Origin: the human T2T-CHM13v2.0 reference genome, Homo sapiens
Length of the DNA: 64,000 nucleotides
Assembly (NCBI RefSeq): GCF_009914755.1
Contig: NC_060928.1
Reading direction: 5' to 3' (one strand)
In this document: piece after piece, positions 1 to 15,059 of the stretch
Layout of the letters: every line of letters begins with the position of its first letter
How positions within the stretch are numbered: position 1 is the stretch's first letter
Made by a program: the position numbers and the translations under genes
Notes under the pieces: model-generated
What the model was told of the DNA's origin: nothing
What the model saw: the letters and a program-made list of their open reading frames with translations, nothing else
Databases searched by the model: none

Positions 1-467
1 TAAAATATGCGCAGATCTTACTCAATGACAGAGGCCTAATCTCCAGGAGGAAAAAAAAAGTCTTATCCCAATTGGGGATGGGCTGTCACTCCACTCTAGC
101 CCACTCTAGCTTTCCTATCCTTCCTAACAGGGGAGGAGTGGGGCAGAAATACAGAGAAAACAGGAGTCAATACATTAAGAAGATAGATTGGAAACACTGT
201 ATTCAGGAAAGGGAGTAGGAGAGAGAAAAATACACACACACACACATATATGTATATAAACACAGATATATGTATACACACACACAGAGATATAACACTA
301 TATACATAGCTTGAAAAAGGTTTGTAAACTTCATAGTTCCAAAATACAGTCTCATTAATAGTTAAGAGACTGAGATTTCATTGGAACATAATAAACCCAA
401 ATCTTACCATCATATGAATAGGGCTTCAGTATATTAAATTAGATTGTGGATGAAAGTACTGCAATAT

Positions 468-765
<298 letters not shown>

Positions 766-799
766 AAAGTACTGCAATATATAGATGCTTTAAAAGGAA

Positions 800-1237
800 G
801 AGTTAGTAGTGAAGCCCAGTGTCAAGGGAAGAGGCAGAAACAAACAAAGGAAACAAAGGACATTAGAGGATCTTGAAGGCTTTGGTACTCATAGCTAAAA
901 CACAAATTAAGCACAGTACAACTCTTAGCCAAATTAACAAAATCCCCACACCAAAGGTCTGCCTCAGTCATATAATCTAATAGAAAATGTCTTGATTTCA
1001 ACAAAACAAAAAAATTAAAAAGGACAGAAAGCTCAAAAAATAACAACAGCCTGAAGAGGCAAAGCATCATCAGGACTAGACTCGGCTATGATACTGATAC
1101 TGAATCATTAGATAGAGAATTTAAACATACTATGACTAGTATTTAAAGGTCTGTAATGAAACAGTGGAGGACATGTAAGAAATTGTAATAAATCAAAGCA
1201 GAGAAATGGAAACTCTAGGAAGGACTCAAAATGAAAG
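800..1237 (+). mobile_element. Old L1M 5'UTR/ORF1-start fragment
   Basis: A-rich sequence resembling L1M ORF1 start (…CAGGACTAGACTCGGCTATGATACTGATACTGAATCATTAGATAGAGAATTTAAA…AGAGAAATGGAAACTCTAGGAAGG). Confidence 0.6.
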
Positions 1238-2200
<963 letters not shown>

Positions 2201-2996
2201 GTAGTGTCTTAAAAAACTATATGTAGTCCTAATATTATATCAAGGTAATGTAGTATGATCCAAATTATATAAGAATATATGTGCATACACACAATTACTA
2301 AAAAACGTCCTGAGGGAAATACCCAAAAATTTAACAGCGACTTAGCTGAGTAGAAGAAAAGTGGTTGATTGTGCTTTCCTTATTTATGTTTTTTCCTATG
2401 TTCAAAAACATCTAAGGACAATTATTATGTTCCTAATCAGAAAATTAATGAAGAAAATTAATGTCATCCTATTTCTTCATTTGTGAATTTGACTGTATTT
2501 GAATTTTTGATTTAAAATCATAAAGTAAATAAGGGCATTCTATAAGCTTATTTTGATTTATTTTAATGCACTCATTATATTTTTATAAAATTACTTGCTT
2601 CCCACAAAATATATATCAATGATCCTGATATATGCATAATGGTTATTTTGTGCATAAGGAATATGTCATGCCACTGACATGCCACAATTTTAAGAGTCAT
2701 TAATAAATAACTTTACACACAAGTATATGTCAATAAACCAGAATTCTATATTCAAAATGAAAAAATGCTCTAGTTTAATATACATTTTAGCCCATCTCTT
2801 AAACCCTCTTTTGCATTTTTCTTCTGCCCTAAATTTTCTTTAGGCCAAGAAAATCGTGCTAAAACATGAGTTCAGTTCATAGCAATGAAACTTGTGATTC
2901 TGAGTTCATTGTGAAAACCATGTTTGGAAATGGCCATCATGAAAGCGTTGAAAGGCTGGGCATGCAAAGAATTGAATTGCAAACATATACCACAAA

Positions 2997-2997
<1 letters not shown>

Positions 2998-3030
<33 letters not shown>

Positions 3031-3037
3031 ACACACA
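2998..3037. repeat. (CA)n microsatellite
   Basis: CACACA… run with one TT interruption. Confidence 0.95.
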
Positions 3038-6000
3038 ATGAGTTGAGAGAAAATGTTTAGGTAATAATAGTAAAATAAGAAGGTAAATTTGAATTCCAGG
3101 AGAGACTGTAATAATCTCTATGGCGTATCAGCTTCTTTAATAGATAAGAGTCACATATTATCATTATTAATTTTAAATAATAATTTTATCCTGAATACTC
3201 ATATGAAACATGTTCGATCAGACACAGATTTCTTATTAATACCTCACAGTCAATATCAAGTGTGAAGTGTGTAACTCCCCTCCCCTTACCCTAGTTACGC
3301 ACTGATGACTTGGCCCTTTGGCCAAGTCAATGACCCTACAGGAGTAGCCAGCTACTCTTTAAGAGTAAGAAATAAAATATCTTTTCTTTGCTTATAAAAA
3401 GGATAGAAGTAATTCTTCCTTTTCTTGTCTGAAAGGGTTTCCTCCTTACTGTAGTTCTTTGATTTGCTAATATCTCTTCAGGAGCACCTTGGGAGCTTAA
3501 TCTAGAGACTTTGTCTGGCACTGTAACCAATTTGCCCTCTCAAAGAGATAAGAGGAGTTTTATTATTCTTTAGGATCTGAGCAATTATCTGAAGCAATGA
3601 CTACAGACCTAATTCTGGTGGTTATGTGAAGAATCTCAGGAGGCTGAGACTTTTACCTGAGCCTTGAAAAATCCGAGACCTTTAATTTCTTACAATTATA
3701 TTACTTATATCTATCTCATTTAATTCACAGCAATCATCTCTTTCAAATTCACTGCTTTTGAACTTTTGCAGCAATTTGGGTCATTTGTCCACTTCAAAGT
3801 CATGTTATCTGAATTTGTCTCTTTGCTTCATTGATACTTCATATAGTCCTCATACTTCCCCTGAATAAAAGTGAGCTCTAGGGTATTGACAAGTTTTAGG
3901 TACAATGATGTTGCCAAAAATACCCAGCTGGGATTGTGCTGCTTGTTTCACTTCAAAGAGCCCAAACCTTTCTTCTTATTTTTTATGATTTTAAGATTGA
4001 TCAGTGTGCTCAGGTGGTGACAGTGAATGGATTCAACCATGAATAATCATTGTCTGAGTCAAGTATTCATTAGAGGTTGCAGCTGGTTACTTGACTAATT
4101 ATGTTGTTTCTTCCACAGTTATCAGCTATACACACAAACATATAGGTATACATAAAATGAAAAAGTTTCTAAGGTCATTTGTTTCCTCAGAAATTCATGG
4201 CAATATTTGTGAGTGCCCTGGTTACTGCTCTGAGTGTCTGCAATAGCATCTGGGAGTGGTAGTAGGTGTGAGGCAGCACTGTTGAAGACCCAGAGAAAAC
4301 AAGCAGAATTCACATGGTCTTTCTAGTGTTTTCTCCTTGTGCTGCCAGTGACTCCTTTCCCATTCTGCTGCCCTTAGCCTTCAACGATCAATGAAAGACA
4401 AGTCTCCATACTTTTTTGTTTTATTTTCATAGTTTCCTCTGCTGTTTCTTGTATGCCATGATGTGTCCTTCTATAGAACTTTCAGAATTGACCTTTTTGA
4501 AGAAAGGCATAAACTTGTGCTGAGTCTCTTAGAAATAACAAATTTCAAATAACATAAGAAAATAAATTACTTAGATTACACAGCCACTAATGTTTGGGAA
4601 AGTCAAATCAGACTGATGGATGGAACATCTGATAGATATTCTAAGACAGAAAATAGACTTAACAGTCAAGATTTAATTATTTGTGTTTTTGACACTTGAC
4701 TGTGACAGGTATGTATAAAAATGTAAATTTTTTTTAATTTTTTAAATATAGGAATGGGAATGATATATGCAATCGATCATAATTGAAGCTGATTCCACAA
4801 GAGTAGGGATGCATAAACAGAGGAGAGAAAAAATGAGTGAAGAGCACAATCTCTGGTTGCCCTTATATCAGGGAGGAGGAAATGAAGCCGAGAGGGAATA
4901 ATCATGAGGCAGGAAAATGTGAGGACACGTAAAAACTGCTGGTATGTTGTTGCAGTTGTGACACAGATTAAGAAGTAATGATATTCTGAATAACATTCAA
5001 GTTAGATTATATCCTTAATTACATAAACAGATTTGAAATTAATTTACTTGGAAACAACTAACAACAATAAACTATTATAATCAAATTTACAAAATACTAT
5101 TAAATAGCTAATCATGTAGGCATAGTTATCTAAACATGTAGCACATTTTCAGTACAAAATTAACAACTCGAGGAAATGCTCTTCAATGATAATATAGCGT
5201 AGTGTTTCAAAGCCTTCAAGTATACTCAGTTTGAAAGTATGGATAACTACATTCACTAAGAACTACTGTTAGATTTTACTAATTAGCAAGTATTGTGACA
5301 GGTATTATGCTACCAACTGTTTTGGGACACTCTTTGCTTTATGCTCCAGAAATTCTATTTAGCATGATGAATTCAAATAGTACCCTGAACTTGCATATTT
5401 TTTTTTCCCTTTAAAGTTCATCTCATGAAATAAAAGCAGTGGGTATATTGTACAATCTAATTCGTTTTAAGTTTCTTGTCAGCTTTGTTTTTCTAGAAGT
5501 GGTGAGAAAATGTACTACATATAGTTAATATACTTCTCTTCAAGTTTTGTAAAAAACATTATAAAACTCCTAGTATTTAAGCTCAGTATTTTTAAAAGTA
5601 CATTGACTCTTTTAAGTCATTAGGGGAACATTTAGTGCAGTAGAGCAGTAATTCACTGAATTTCAGGCACTAGTGACTTAATGTAGTTAGTACAATGTAA
5701 TTTACACTCAGGGAGTAGTTTGTACACCTGGAAGGATCTAAGCCATTGCCTACTTAATTGACATGATTTTTTAAAGAGAGATGGAGCACCCTAATATTTA
5801 CATGAAAAGAAAATTTGGATTAAATTACCTCTTCAAGGTCAGAGAAAAAATTAATTACTGAAGTAAGACTTGGAATTTTGTGCTCATTCTCAACATTCTA
5901 CTTAGAAAAAATCCTGGTAGTATCATTATTGTGATGTGAACCTATTTGAGTATAACTATGGACTGCATTTAGGAGGTACTTTCAAAGGACACAGGTTAAT

Positions 6001-6659
6001 GTTATATACAACCCTAAAGTTACACAGTGTGTTTGCCATCTATGTAAGGGTCAAATGATAAAGTCAGCAAGTTATGCAAATATCACAGTCAAGGTAACCT
6101 TGAGCAAAGTCTTTGAGACCTGCCACTAAAGATGTGCCTGTAGTATGATTCCTCTCAGGAATCCAACATAGTCATTTAGTTTTTCATATTAAAATATGTT
6201 TTTCTTCTCTTGAACACAATCTCTGGTACACTCATGAGATGTAACATCAATCTCTTTAGTGGCACCCCTCAAAGAGATTATGCAATACCAGGTGAAAAAC
6301 TGGGCTTAATTTTAGGAACTGTGAAAACACTAGCATCATCCTCAGTGTGGTATGTTCCAACTTTGAGATTCAAGGAGAACTACAATCAACTGAGGGTAAA
6401 GAGGTTTCAGATATCTTATTTAATATGCATAAAATGTAATCACCCATTTAAATTCATCTCTATCTTTGTGTCTTGACACATACACACGTGCACACACAAA
6501 TATGCATACATACATACATTCCTAAGATAAATAGATTAAGCACATAATTAATTCCACATATAATTAACTCCACTATGATACTACATGACAATATAATTCA
6601 GGATGCAAAATTGAGTACAACATAATTATTGAAAATAAGACTAACACAAAACTTTAAAA

Positions 6660-9575
6660 CCCCAAACAACAAACAAAACTATAAATTCTGCTTTAACTTA
6701 AGATATAAAAAAACCATGAGAATGTCAGTCCTTCTACAACAAAGAGAAAAAGACAGAAATATCTTCAAAATAATAATATTTTCTGAGCCAAAGGATGATG
6801 ATTGCAAGGATATCAATTGAACTAAATTTCAAGATCTGACAAGCCCCTCCAAGCACACATGGGCCAAATACAATGTCTCACTTTTGCCAGAGTGGTACCA
6901 AGCTTTGCTGCAAAAACTAAAAAGAAAACAGCTGAAGTTTTCCATATTCTTAAAATCTGAGCAGCCAGGCATGGTGGCTCAGGCCTATCATTCCAGCACT
7001 TTGGAAGGCTGAGCCGGGCATTTTATTTGAGGCCAGGAGTTTTAAACCAGCCTGGGCAACATGGTGAAAACCCATTTCTCAAAAAAAAAAAAATTAGCTG
7101 GATGTGGTGGCAGACGTACATTTGTAGTAACAGTTATTCAGGAGGCTGAGATGGGAGATCAGTTGAGCCCAGGAGGTTGAGGCTGCAGTGAGCTGAGATT
7201 GTGCCACTCTACTCCAGCTGGGGTGGCAGAGTTGGACCCTGTATCAAAAACACACACAAAAACATCAAACAAATAAAAATCTGAGCATGAGTTGTAGAGA
7301 CAGTATGGAATGCCCAGTGGTCACAGGCACACCTGGAGCCCACACTCACTCAGTTTCTCTTTCCTACAGGTCTTGATGATGGACTACCAAAAAAGGCCAA
7401 GAACAAAGCAGGCAGCCTGAGAAAGCCACCTCTTGTGGTACACTGAAGCAAAACTGTCTGCTCCTCAGGCTCTTCTCATACAGTGGTAAAACTGAAAGCC
7501 ACTTTGAGAGAAACATAAAATATGAATGTTCTGGATCTCTGACAAAGATACACAGCTGCTTAGGGAAAGGTAGTGGAAAAGCCACCTGCTCCTAAAGGTG
7601 GGGAAGAAAACACCCCTGCTCCACCACAAGCATTTCAACAAATAACAGCAAGTAAGCTACTTCCCATGGAAGAAGGGACAGAAAACCGTATTCCCAAGCA
7701 AACGTTCATTGGGGGAGAATTTAAAGCAAAAGCTACCTGATCCAATGAAAGATGCAGTGAAATTAATCAGACCCAGGTTCCTGCTCTGATGTAAATCAGA
7801 AGTCCTTTATCTCTAGAGGAAGGGCAGGACATTCAGTCCCACAGAAGATGCTCATAAACACTAAGAAATATAATACCCCAGGGTTCTGGAGAATGTACAG
7901 GATCATTGACAAAGTCCCAGTCTCAACATCAGGCACAGAGAACTTTCCAGAACCTGAGCTGGAGAAGGCAAATCAGAACATTAATTCACTCAACAACAAG
8001 CTTTATGCTATATAACAAGAAATAGCAGTGTTCTACTGAGGAAAAGAAAAATGCATAAGAACACAGGGGTAAATCTCCTTGATTTTCAGACCCCCACAGA
8101 GATTATAAAATAGCACCAGAAATTACCCAGATGTTAGATCTATCAGAAAGGCATTGTTGTTTATGTAGGTATGATGAAGATGTTAAAGGATCTAGTGAAA
8201 AACTTGGAAACAGATTTGGACAGATGGGAAATTTCAGTGAGACATTGGAAACTCTAACAAAAAAGGGCTAAATATGAAATCTGGATAATATACTCTATTA
8301 TACAAAAAATGTTATCTAGAGGATATCACAGAAAAATAATTCCTTCAAAGAGTTTATAAACAGACTAAAATCCACAACTAAAATAATAAATCAATAGAAA
8401 TTAATAGGTCAATAATAATGATATAAACTCAAAAACAAAGATGCAGAAGAATGAAGAAAAGAGAAAAGAAAATCTAGGACCTTTGGGAACATATTGCATA
8501 TATTTGGAATGCCCAACAGAGAAGAAAGGGAAAGAAGTATAGAATAATTATTTGAAGAAATAATGACTATATATTTTTTCAAATTTAATATGAGACAGCA
8601 AAGCGCAAATGAAAAAGGTCCAACGAACACCAAGAAAAGAATATTTTTTAAAAATTACATCTTAGTTGAGTTGCTGAAAACTAAATATGAGGAAAATATC
8701 TTAAAAGCAATTGAAAGGAAAAAGGAAACTTTACATATAGAGAAACAGATATAAGAATATGACAGATTTTTCCTGTAAAGTTTTGGAAGCCAGAAGTAAC
8801 TTTCTTCTTTAATGTATTGAAGAATTTCTTTAACATACTGAAAGTAAAAATTTTGAATCTAGAATTCTATATTTATCTAAAATATCTTTTTCAAAAGACA
8901 TAGAAAAATATGGGCTTTATTCAGAGAACAAAAGCTGAGAGATTCCATTGTCAGCAGACCTGCAATGCAAAGTGACTTAAACAATGTGGTTTAGGCCAAA
9001 GAAAAAAATGATACGTGACGAAAATGTGGACCTATGCAAAGAAATGAAGAAAGCTACGTCTGAGGTCAAAATAAGGGAAGATATAAAATACCATTTATTG
9101 TATTTCTTGTATCTTTAAGTGATAATACACTGTCTGAAGTATAATAGTAGTGACATATTGTGGGGTTAAAAAACATTTTAATAACGTACTTTGGGAATTA
9201 TAACATGTGAAAGCAAACCGTATGATAATAATGTCACAAAGAATGAAGGGTGGAAATGGTAGTACAATGTTTTATACTATACTTCAAATGGCATAATATT
9301 ATTTTTAGATAGGCTGTGATATGTTACAGAGATGTAACACAGAGCAAACACTTAAAAAATAAAATAAATTGATTTAAATACTAATTCACTAGTGGAGATA
9401 AAATATAGCAATTAAACCAAAAATATGCAGAAGAGAAAAAAAAGAACAGGTAGTATATTTAATCTCAATAATATTGATAATTAAATTAAATGTTCATGGA
9501 TTAAAGACCACTTTTAAGAGGCAAAAGTTGTCAAGTTAGATTAGGCAAACAAACAAAAAAAGACCCAGTCCTCAG
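6660..9575 (+). mobile_element. Ancient L1M (L1MC/ME-type) 5'UTR, ORF1, inter-ORF region and start of ORF2, interrupted by AluJ
   Basis: ORF1-like translation (YILVELLKTKYEENILKAIERKK); ORF1-end motif AAAGCTGAGAGATTCCATTGTCAGCAGACCTGCAATGCAA; ORF2 start-like TTAAATGTTCATGGATTAAA…AAAAGACCCA; boundaries approximate. Confidence 0.7.
6964..7275 (+). mobile_element. AluJ with TSD
   Basis: Diverged dimeric Alu with J-type GGGAGATCAGTTGAGCCCAGGAGGTTGAGGCTGCAG; TSD AAAATCTGAGCA at 6952-6963 and 7276-7287. Confidence 0.9.
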
Positions 9576-9704
9576 GAAAACCTTTTTAAATTATTTCGTG
9601 TGTGTATTTTTTATGTATATATTTTCTTTTTTGTCTTGTCTGCCAAAAATTACCAGAAACTAGCCTTCATCATTATTAAGTTCATATATGTAACTACGTA
9701 CATT

Positions 9705-9947
9705 TAACTCTTTTTAAGTTATACATTCAGGGGGGTACATGTACAGGTTTGTAACATGAATACAGTTTGTATTGGTGAGGTTTGGGCTTCTAGTATGTTC
9801 ATCATCCTAACATTAAACAGTGTATCCAATAGGTAATTTTTTAACACGACCCCACTTCCTACCCTTTCTCCTCCCCCCTTGTATATTATTTCCATCTTTA
9901 CAGTCCATGTGTACTCATTGTTGAGCTCCCATTTACAAGGGAGAATT
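9705..9947 (-). mobile_element. L1PB-type 3' end fragment
   Basis: GGGGGTACATGTACAGGTTTGTAACATG…GGTGAGGTTTGGGCTTCTAGT…AGCTCCCATTTACAAG matches antisense L1PB 3'UTR. Confidence 0.8.
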
Positions 9948-10544
9948 TTGGTAAAAGCAACAAGTTGGAATGTATCTGTTATTATGATTATTTTTCCTAG
10001 GAACCGTATCCTTCACTATTATCACTGTGTACCAAATCATAAATAATTTGTTAAAGTGCTTATGAAATTAAGAATAAGTCCTTCTGCATTTTTTGTCAGT
10101 TAACGTAGACCAAACTCCCTTGAACATAGTAGCTGTTCAAAAATGGCTATTATACATTATTAGTCTTGGTTTACATTCAAGGAAACTAAAGTTTAATACT
10201 TACATAATACCTAAGGTCAAACAATAAAGATGGTATGACTCTGAACTTCTCTTTTTATTAGACCAAAATGTTACTTCACTTGGGTGGAAGGCCAGGTACA
10301 GTACAGATTTTAAAATAGAGGCATGATAAAGGTTACAATTTCTAATTTTTTAAAAAGAATGTCTTTCTTAGGACAAGACGAACATTTTTACAAGTGCCAA
10401 TTGTTTGTCTTATGCCCGTAAATTACTAGAGTTGAACTTAAACAGAGTCATGAAAGTTTTTCTGAAAAGTTAACATTTATAAGTAGTAAATAGTATGAAG
10501 TATGATACAGAACATCAAAAATAGGGCAGAATATTCTTCCCAGG

Positions 10545-11185
10545 TGTGATGGTTAATTTTAAATGTCAACTTGACTGGATTAAGGAGTACTTAGAGAACT
10601 GGTAAAGCATTGATTCTGGGTGTGTCTGTGAGAGTGTTTCTAAGGGAGATTGGCATGTGAATCAGTGGATGGATTGGAGACGATCCACCTCCAATGTGGG
10701 TGGGCACCATTCAATAGACTAGGGGCCCAGCTAGAAAAAAAAAAAAAAAAAAAAGCAAAGGAAAGGATTTTTTCTCCTTGAGCTGGAACACACTCTTCTT
10801 CTCCTGCCCTTGCATATCATGAACCCAGGCTCTTCAGCCTTGAGACTCCAGGAATTACAATAGAACCACTCTCCATGTTCACTCCCACCCCCTGTGGTTT
10901 TTAGGCCTTTAGCTTTGGACTGAGTGTTGTACCATTGGTTACCCTTGTTCTAAGGCTTTCTGACTTGGACTGAGCCAAACCACCAGCATCCCAGAGTCTC
11001 CAGCTTGGTGATGGCCTGTTTTGGGACTTCTCTGCCACCACGATCATGTGACCCAATTTCCCTAACAAATCCCCTCTCATCTATCTCTGTCTCTATCTAT
11101 CTCTGTCTCTATCTATCTATCTACCTATCAATCATCTATGTATCCTATTGGTTCTTTGTATGTGAGAAACCCTGACTAATATACA
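10545..11185 (+). mobile_element. MLT2B-type solo LTR (ERVL)
   Basis: Starts TGTGATGGTTAATTTT…TGTCAACTTGACTGG; ends CCCTGACTAATATACA; internal poly(A) and (TCTA)n tract typical of MLT2. Confidence 0.9.
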
Positions 11186-11589
11186 AAAAAAAGTGTCTTT
11201 ATAAGTTCTATATTAAATTACTATACTGATTTACCTCTCTCAATAACCCTCTGCCATTGTTTTGAGAAATAATTTCTTTTACACACTTTTCTATTAATGA
11301 TAATCTTGCAGCTACTAAATAAATTTAACAGTAGTAATATTTGACTCTTTTCTACTGAATTAGGCTTCACATAGACTCTTTATCCTTTAAAGTATTCTAT
11401 TTCCAGGATTTCCAATTAGACATTCCAGCCTATGACCACAGCTTTCAATTGTCTTATGTCCCCTCCCATCTCCCCAACACCTAGTGACCTAATGCTGTAC
11501 CTAAAATGATCTCTGCTTCAAATATCCTGCTTAACAGAATCTAAAACCATTTATTTGATTCTGATACACTCTGAAAATAAACTCTCTTA

Positions 11590-11760
11590 ATTCATTATAA
11601 AACCACTTAAAATGTCATTCTCCACATTCTTTCTTCTATTTATCAACTACTTTGCAATTTTCAACTCATTACATTCTAGTTTCCACTTCGCTACATTATT
11701 GAAATTAACTTTCTGAGGGTACTCATTTATTTCTTAATTATTTCTACATTGTCCATTCTC
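11590..11760 (+). mobile_element. Possible L2 fragment
   Basis: Weak similarity to L2 (CAACTCATTACATTCTAGTTTCCAC…TTGAAATTAACTTTCTGAGGGTAC). Confidence 0.35.
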
Positions 11761-12175
11761 AAGGCATTGTGAAAAAAAAGAATGTGATGTCACCAATTAA
11801 TATAGATCTAAATATTGGGGTTCTGAAGATAGATGGGGAATCTCTTATAAAAAATACTTTTTTTAAAAATGGTGTTTCCAAATGAGTCACTATATAAATA
11901 AAATTTTAATTACTATTGAACTAAATGTTTTTTATTACTTATAAGGGGAGAAAAAATAGGTGGTAGTGCAGATTCAATTATCTTTGAGAAGATTCAGAAT
12001 CAAATGTGTTAAATTTAATTAAAAGGTTAAATAATACATGAATTAAACAAATTCAAAGATACCTAGACATGGTTTAAGTGAATTAAATTTTACCTTGGAG
12101 AAATATTTGCCAACAGAGGAGCTAAGGAATATACAAGTAATTGCCTCAAATGTGCAAATGAATAGATAGATTATA

Positions 12176-12329
12176 CAGTCATCCCTCAGTACACATGGAG
12201 TATTGGTTCCAGGACCCCCACATATGCCAAACCTATGCCTACTCAATTCCTAGAGGAAGCCCTGATAAACCTGCATATAAGAAAAGTCTGCCCTCCGTGT
12301 CTGTGGGTTTGACATCCCACAAATACTGT
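12176..12329. mobile_element. MER8 (TcMar-Tigger MITE), partial
   Basis: TA + CAGTCATCCCTCAGTA…TTGGTTCCAGGACCCC…GAAAAGTCTGCCCTCCGT…CATCCCACAAATACTGT. Confidence 0.8.
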
Positions 12330-13699
12330 TATCACATAAGGTAAATAATACCAAATTTAGGTATGGCAACCAGCAAAAAGAGTAGTCCCTAAGTGTAGTT
12401 GTATGCCCTCAGGGGTGAAAAAGATGATCCAATGGAGAAGTGAAAACATTTATTAGAAATTCTATGCTTTTATGTATAAATTTAAAAGAAAATAAGTCCA
12501 GCATCCTACATTACAAGTATTAGCAATACAAGATACTTAACAGATACACACATCTGTACCTATCTATACCTATATGTACTGATATCCATATTTATCCAGC
12601 AACTATCTTTCTATAAATATAACTTTAGTTTCTTACTAGATAGTGGTTGTCAATATCGTCTTTATTTTCTCATAAACATCAGAGTTTTCTAAAAAATTGC
12701 AATTTATCTGTGACTGACACATAGTTATATAATGTTATTATATTATTTGTATATTAGCTTAAAATGATTTCAAAAAATAATTACTAAGAAAATTAAGAAT
12801 GAAAACCCATTAAGCAAATGAAGACCCCTGCTTCTATAATTTATATACATTCTTTCTGTTAGATCATGGCAGGGGAAAAAATTGTGATTATATATTTGAA
12901 ATAGAGCAATCAAAATTTAATATTAGAAGAGAGATTATTTTAAACATTTTCATTCTTTGTAATAATTATGGACCTCTCTTCTGGTATATATAGTGTTGAA
13001 GTATTTGAGGACATGAAAATCTCATTACTTATTATTGTTATTTTGTGTATGGTTTTAAAGATACATGAAATTTTGCCATAATAACACAGGCATATTAGTT
13101 ACAAGTGTTTCATATATGTTACTAATGCGGAAAACATTACAAAAATAATATAAAGTGATATAAAAATAGGGGGATCTTTTTGTTTAAAATTATTATTATT
13201 GACAAATATATAAGGTTTATTGAGACACACAAAGGCAATAGATAAGAAGGTCAATGAAAGTTTAGCCTCATTCTTCACTGTTGAAAGAACTTGGAACCAG
13301 TGAGTAATATAATTACCCATATTGTAGATTTAATTAGCCAACTATATGTTTATATATTATGGAGACTTTCTGGCACTGAAAAGAATGTTTAAATAACTTA
13401 ATTCAAATTGAATGCCTGTTGTCCTAAATGTATAGCCTGTCATTTATAATGCATGCCAAGCTGAAGGATGGACAATTCAAAAATATCCTGTGTCTATAAT
13501 AAGAGATTCAACATGAATCCTCTGAATTACAGAGTGGTGAGGCTCACATATTAGGCAAACGGCTGTAATCTATAAGTGAGAGAAGACCCATGTAGTCAAA
13601 AGGAAGCATTCATTAAAAGATAAGGAAATGGGGTTATTGAAAGAAAATCATGTCTAGTATTTTTAGCAAGCTCGTAGATTTGTTAGCAAGAATTAGAGC

Positions 13700-14267
13700 A
13701 TAGCATGGCAATTCTTATCCAATATCCGCTGCCTTTTCTTCCAATCCTTTCTAGGGCATTAATGTGTCTAGCCAGATAATGATTTACCCAGGCTCCTTGC
13801 AGCTAAGCATGGCTATTCTGTTTTAACCAGTGAGATGTAAGTGGAATGATGCTACATAATTTTGGGAAGGCATTTGTATGATAAGTTAGGGCTGGGACAA
13901 CACTGATTGTTCTAAACCAAAGGCAGGGGAGAATAAAATAAGAATACTTTACCAATAACCATGTTGTATAAAAGGTTATATTTGGGTCTATTGCTGTTCT
14001 TATGTTGTTTTTTTTCTGTCTTTTCTTAGAATTAGAATGTATAGCAGTAGCAGACATCAGTATATTCACAAAACAACACAAATGAGAAAGAAAGTCAACA
14101 TGCTAAGATTGCTGGAGTAGAAAGACAGAAATTGGTTTATTAAAAGAATTTGTGATAGCAACTGATTCCAGCCTCTGTATAAGTATAGCTTATAAAATAA
14201 ACTATCTGTTTAGCCCAGTAAAAGTTTTGTTTCCATTACTTGCAACTGTTTATATTCTTGTATATAA
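13700..14267 (+). mobile_element. Old MLT1 (J/K-like) MaLR LTR
   Basis: CCCAGGCTCCTTGCAGCTAAGCATGGC…CCAGTGAGATGTAAGTGGAA and 3' AAATAAACTATCTGTTTAGCC…TTACTTGCAACTG. Confidence 0.65.
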
Positions 14268-14839
14268 TTAAAGATTGGTTTGGGAAACATTAATATATTC
14301 AAGGAATATTTAATCTGGTTCCAGACTTACAATTTCTATATATTCTTATAAAACATGTGCACTGGTAACACCAAATTGTTTTTCTCTTGTCACTTAATAT
14401 CTTATTTATCATTTAAGATATAGAATAAATGTCATATTCAATATAAATTGTTTTTTTATGTTATGTTCCAAGGCACAAAACATTTTTATTTTTGGCTATT
14501 CATTGATCACATTTTTTGTTTCATGTTTGTCATATTATGTTCCAGTTTATTCTTTTCTCCTAGAAATTTCTAACAGAGAATATATTGTATTTACATAAAA
14601 TTTTATTACATGCTCATAGTATTAAGAAAACATTAAATTAATAAAGGAATAACATTCCATAACTTTTATAACAAGGAGAGCTTTCAGTTAAATTTTCCTT
14701 AACTGTGAATGTATTTAATTGAAAGTAAGAGTTAGAAAAGCATCCAGAAAAAATGTGAGATCGAAAGGACAAAGAAAAAAATCAACTACTCAAAGGCTCC
14801 TATATAATTGATAAATTTTTGTTCAGCCAACTTTTCCAT

Positions 14840-14970
14840 AGCAATAGTACACAGGTACTTTCTCAGAGCATTACAAATATTAATGTATTGAATTATTATA
14901 ATACGCTTGTGATATACATACTAATATCACCAATTTTCAGAAGTCAGGATGAAGGAATGAGAAGGGAGAG
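14840..14970 (-). mobile_element. MIR fragment
   Basis: Antisense MIR core-like AGGTACTTTCTCAGAGCATTACAAATATTAATGTATTGAAT…ATATCACCAATTTTCAGA. Confidence 0.45.
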
Positions 14971-15059
14971 ATATAATTTTTGATGTGGCCACTTTATCAG
15001 CATGAGTCCACCTATCAGAAATGCTGACTCAATATGTTATTTGTAAGAGTTTAGTTGAC

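Noticed and set aside
7350-7375. Strong splice acceptor TTTCTCTTTCCTACAG
   Set aside because: It lies within an old L1 5' region with no convincing paired donor or reading frame, and such motifs are common by chance.
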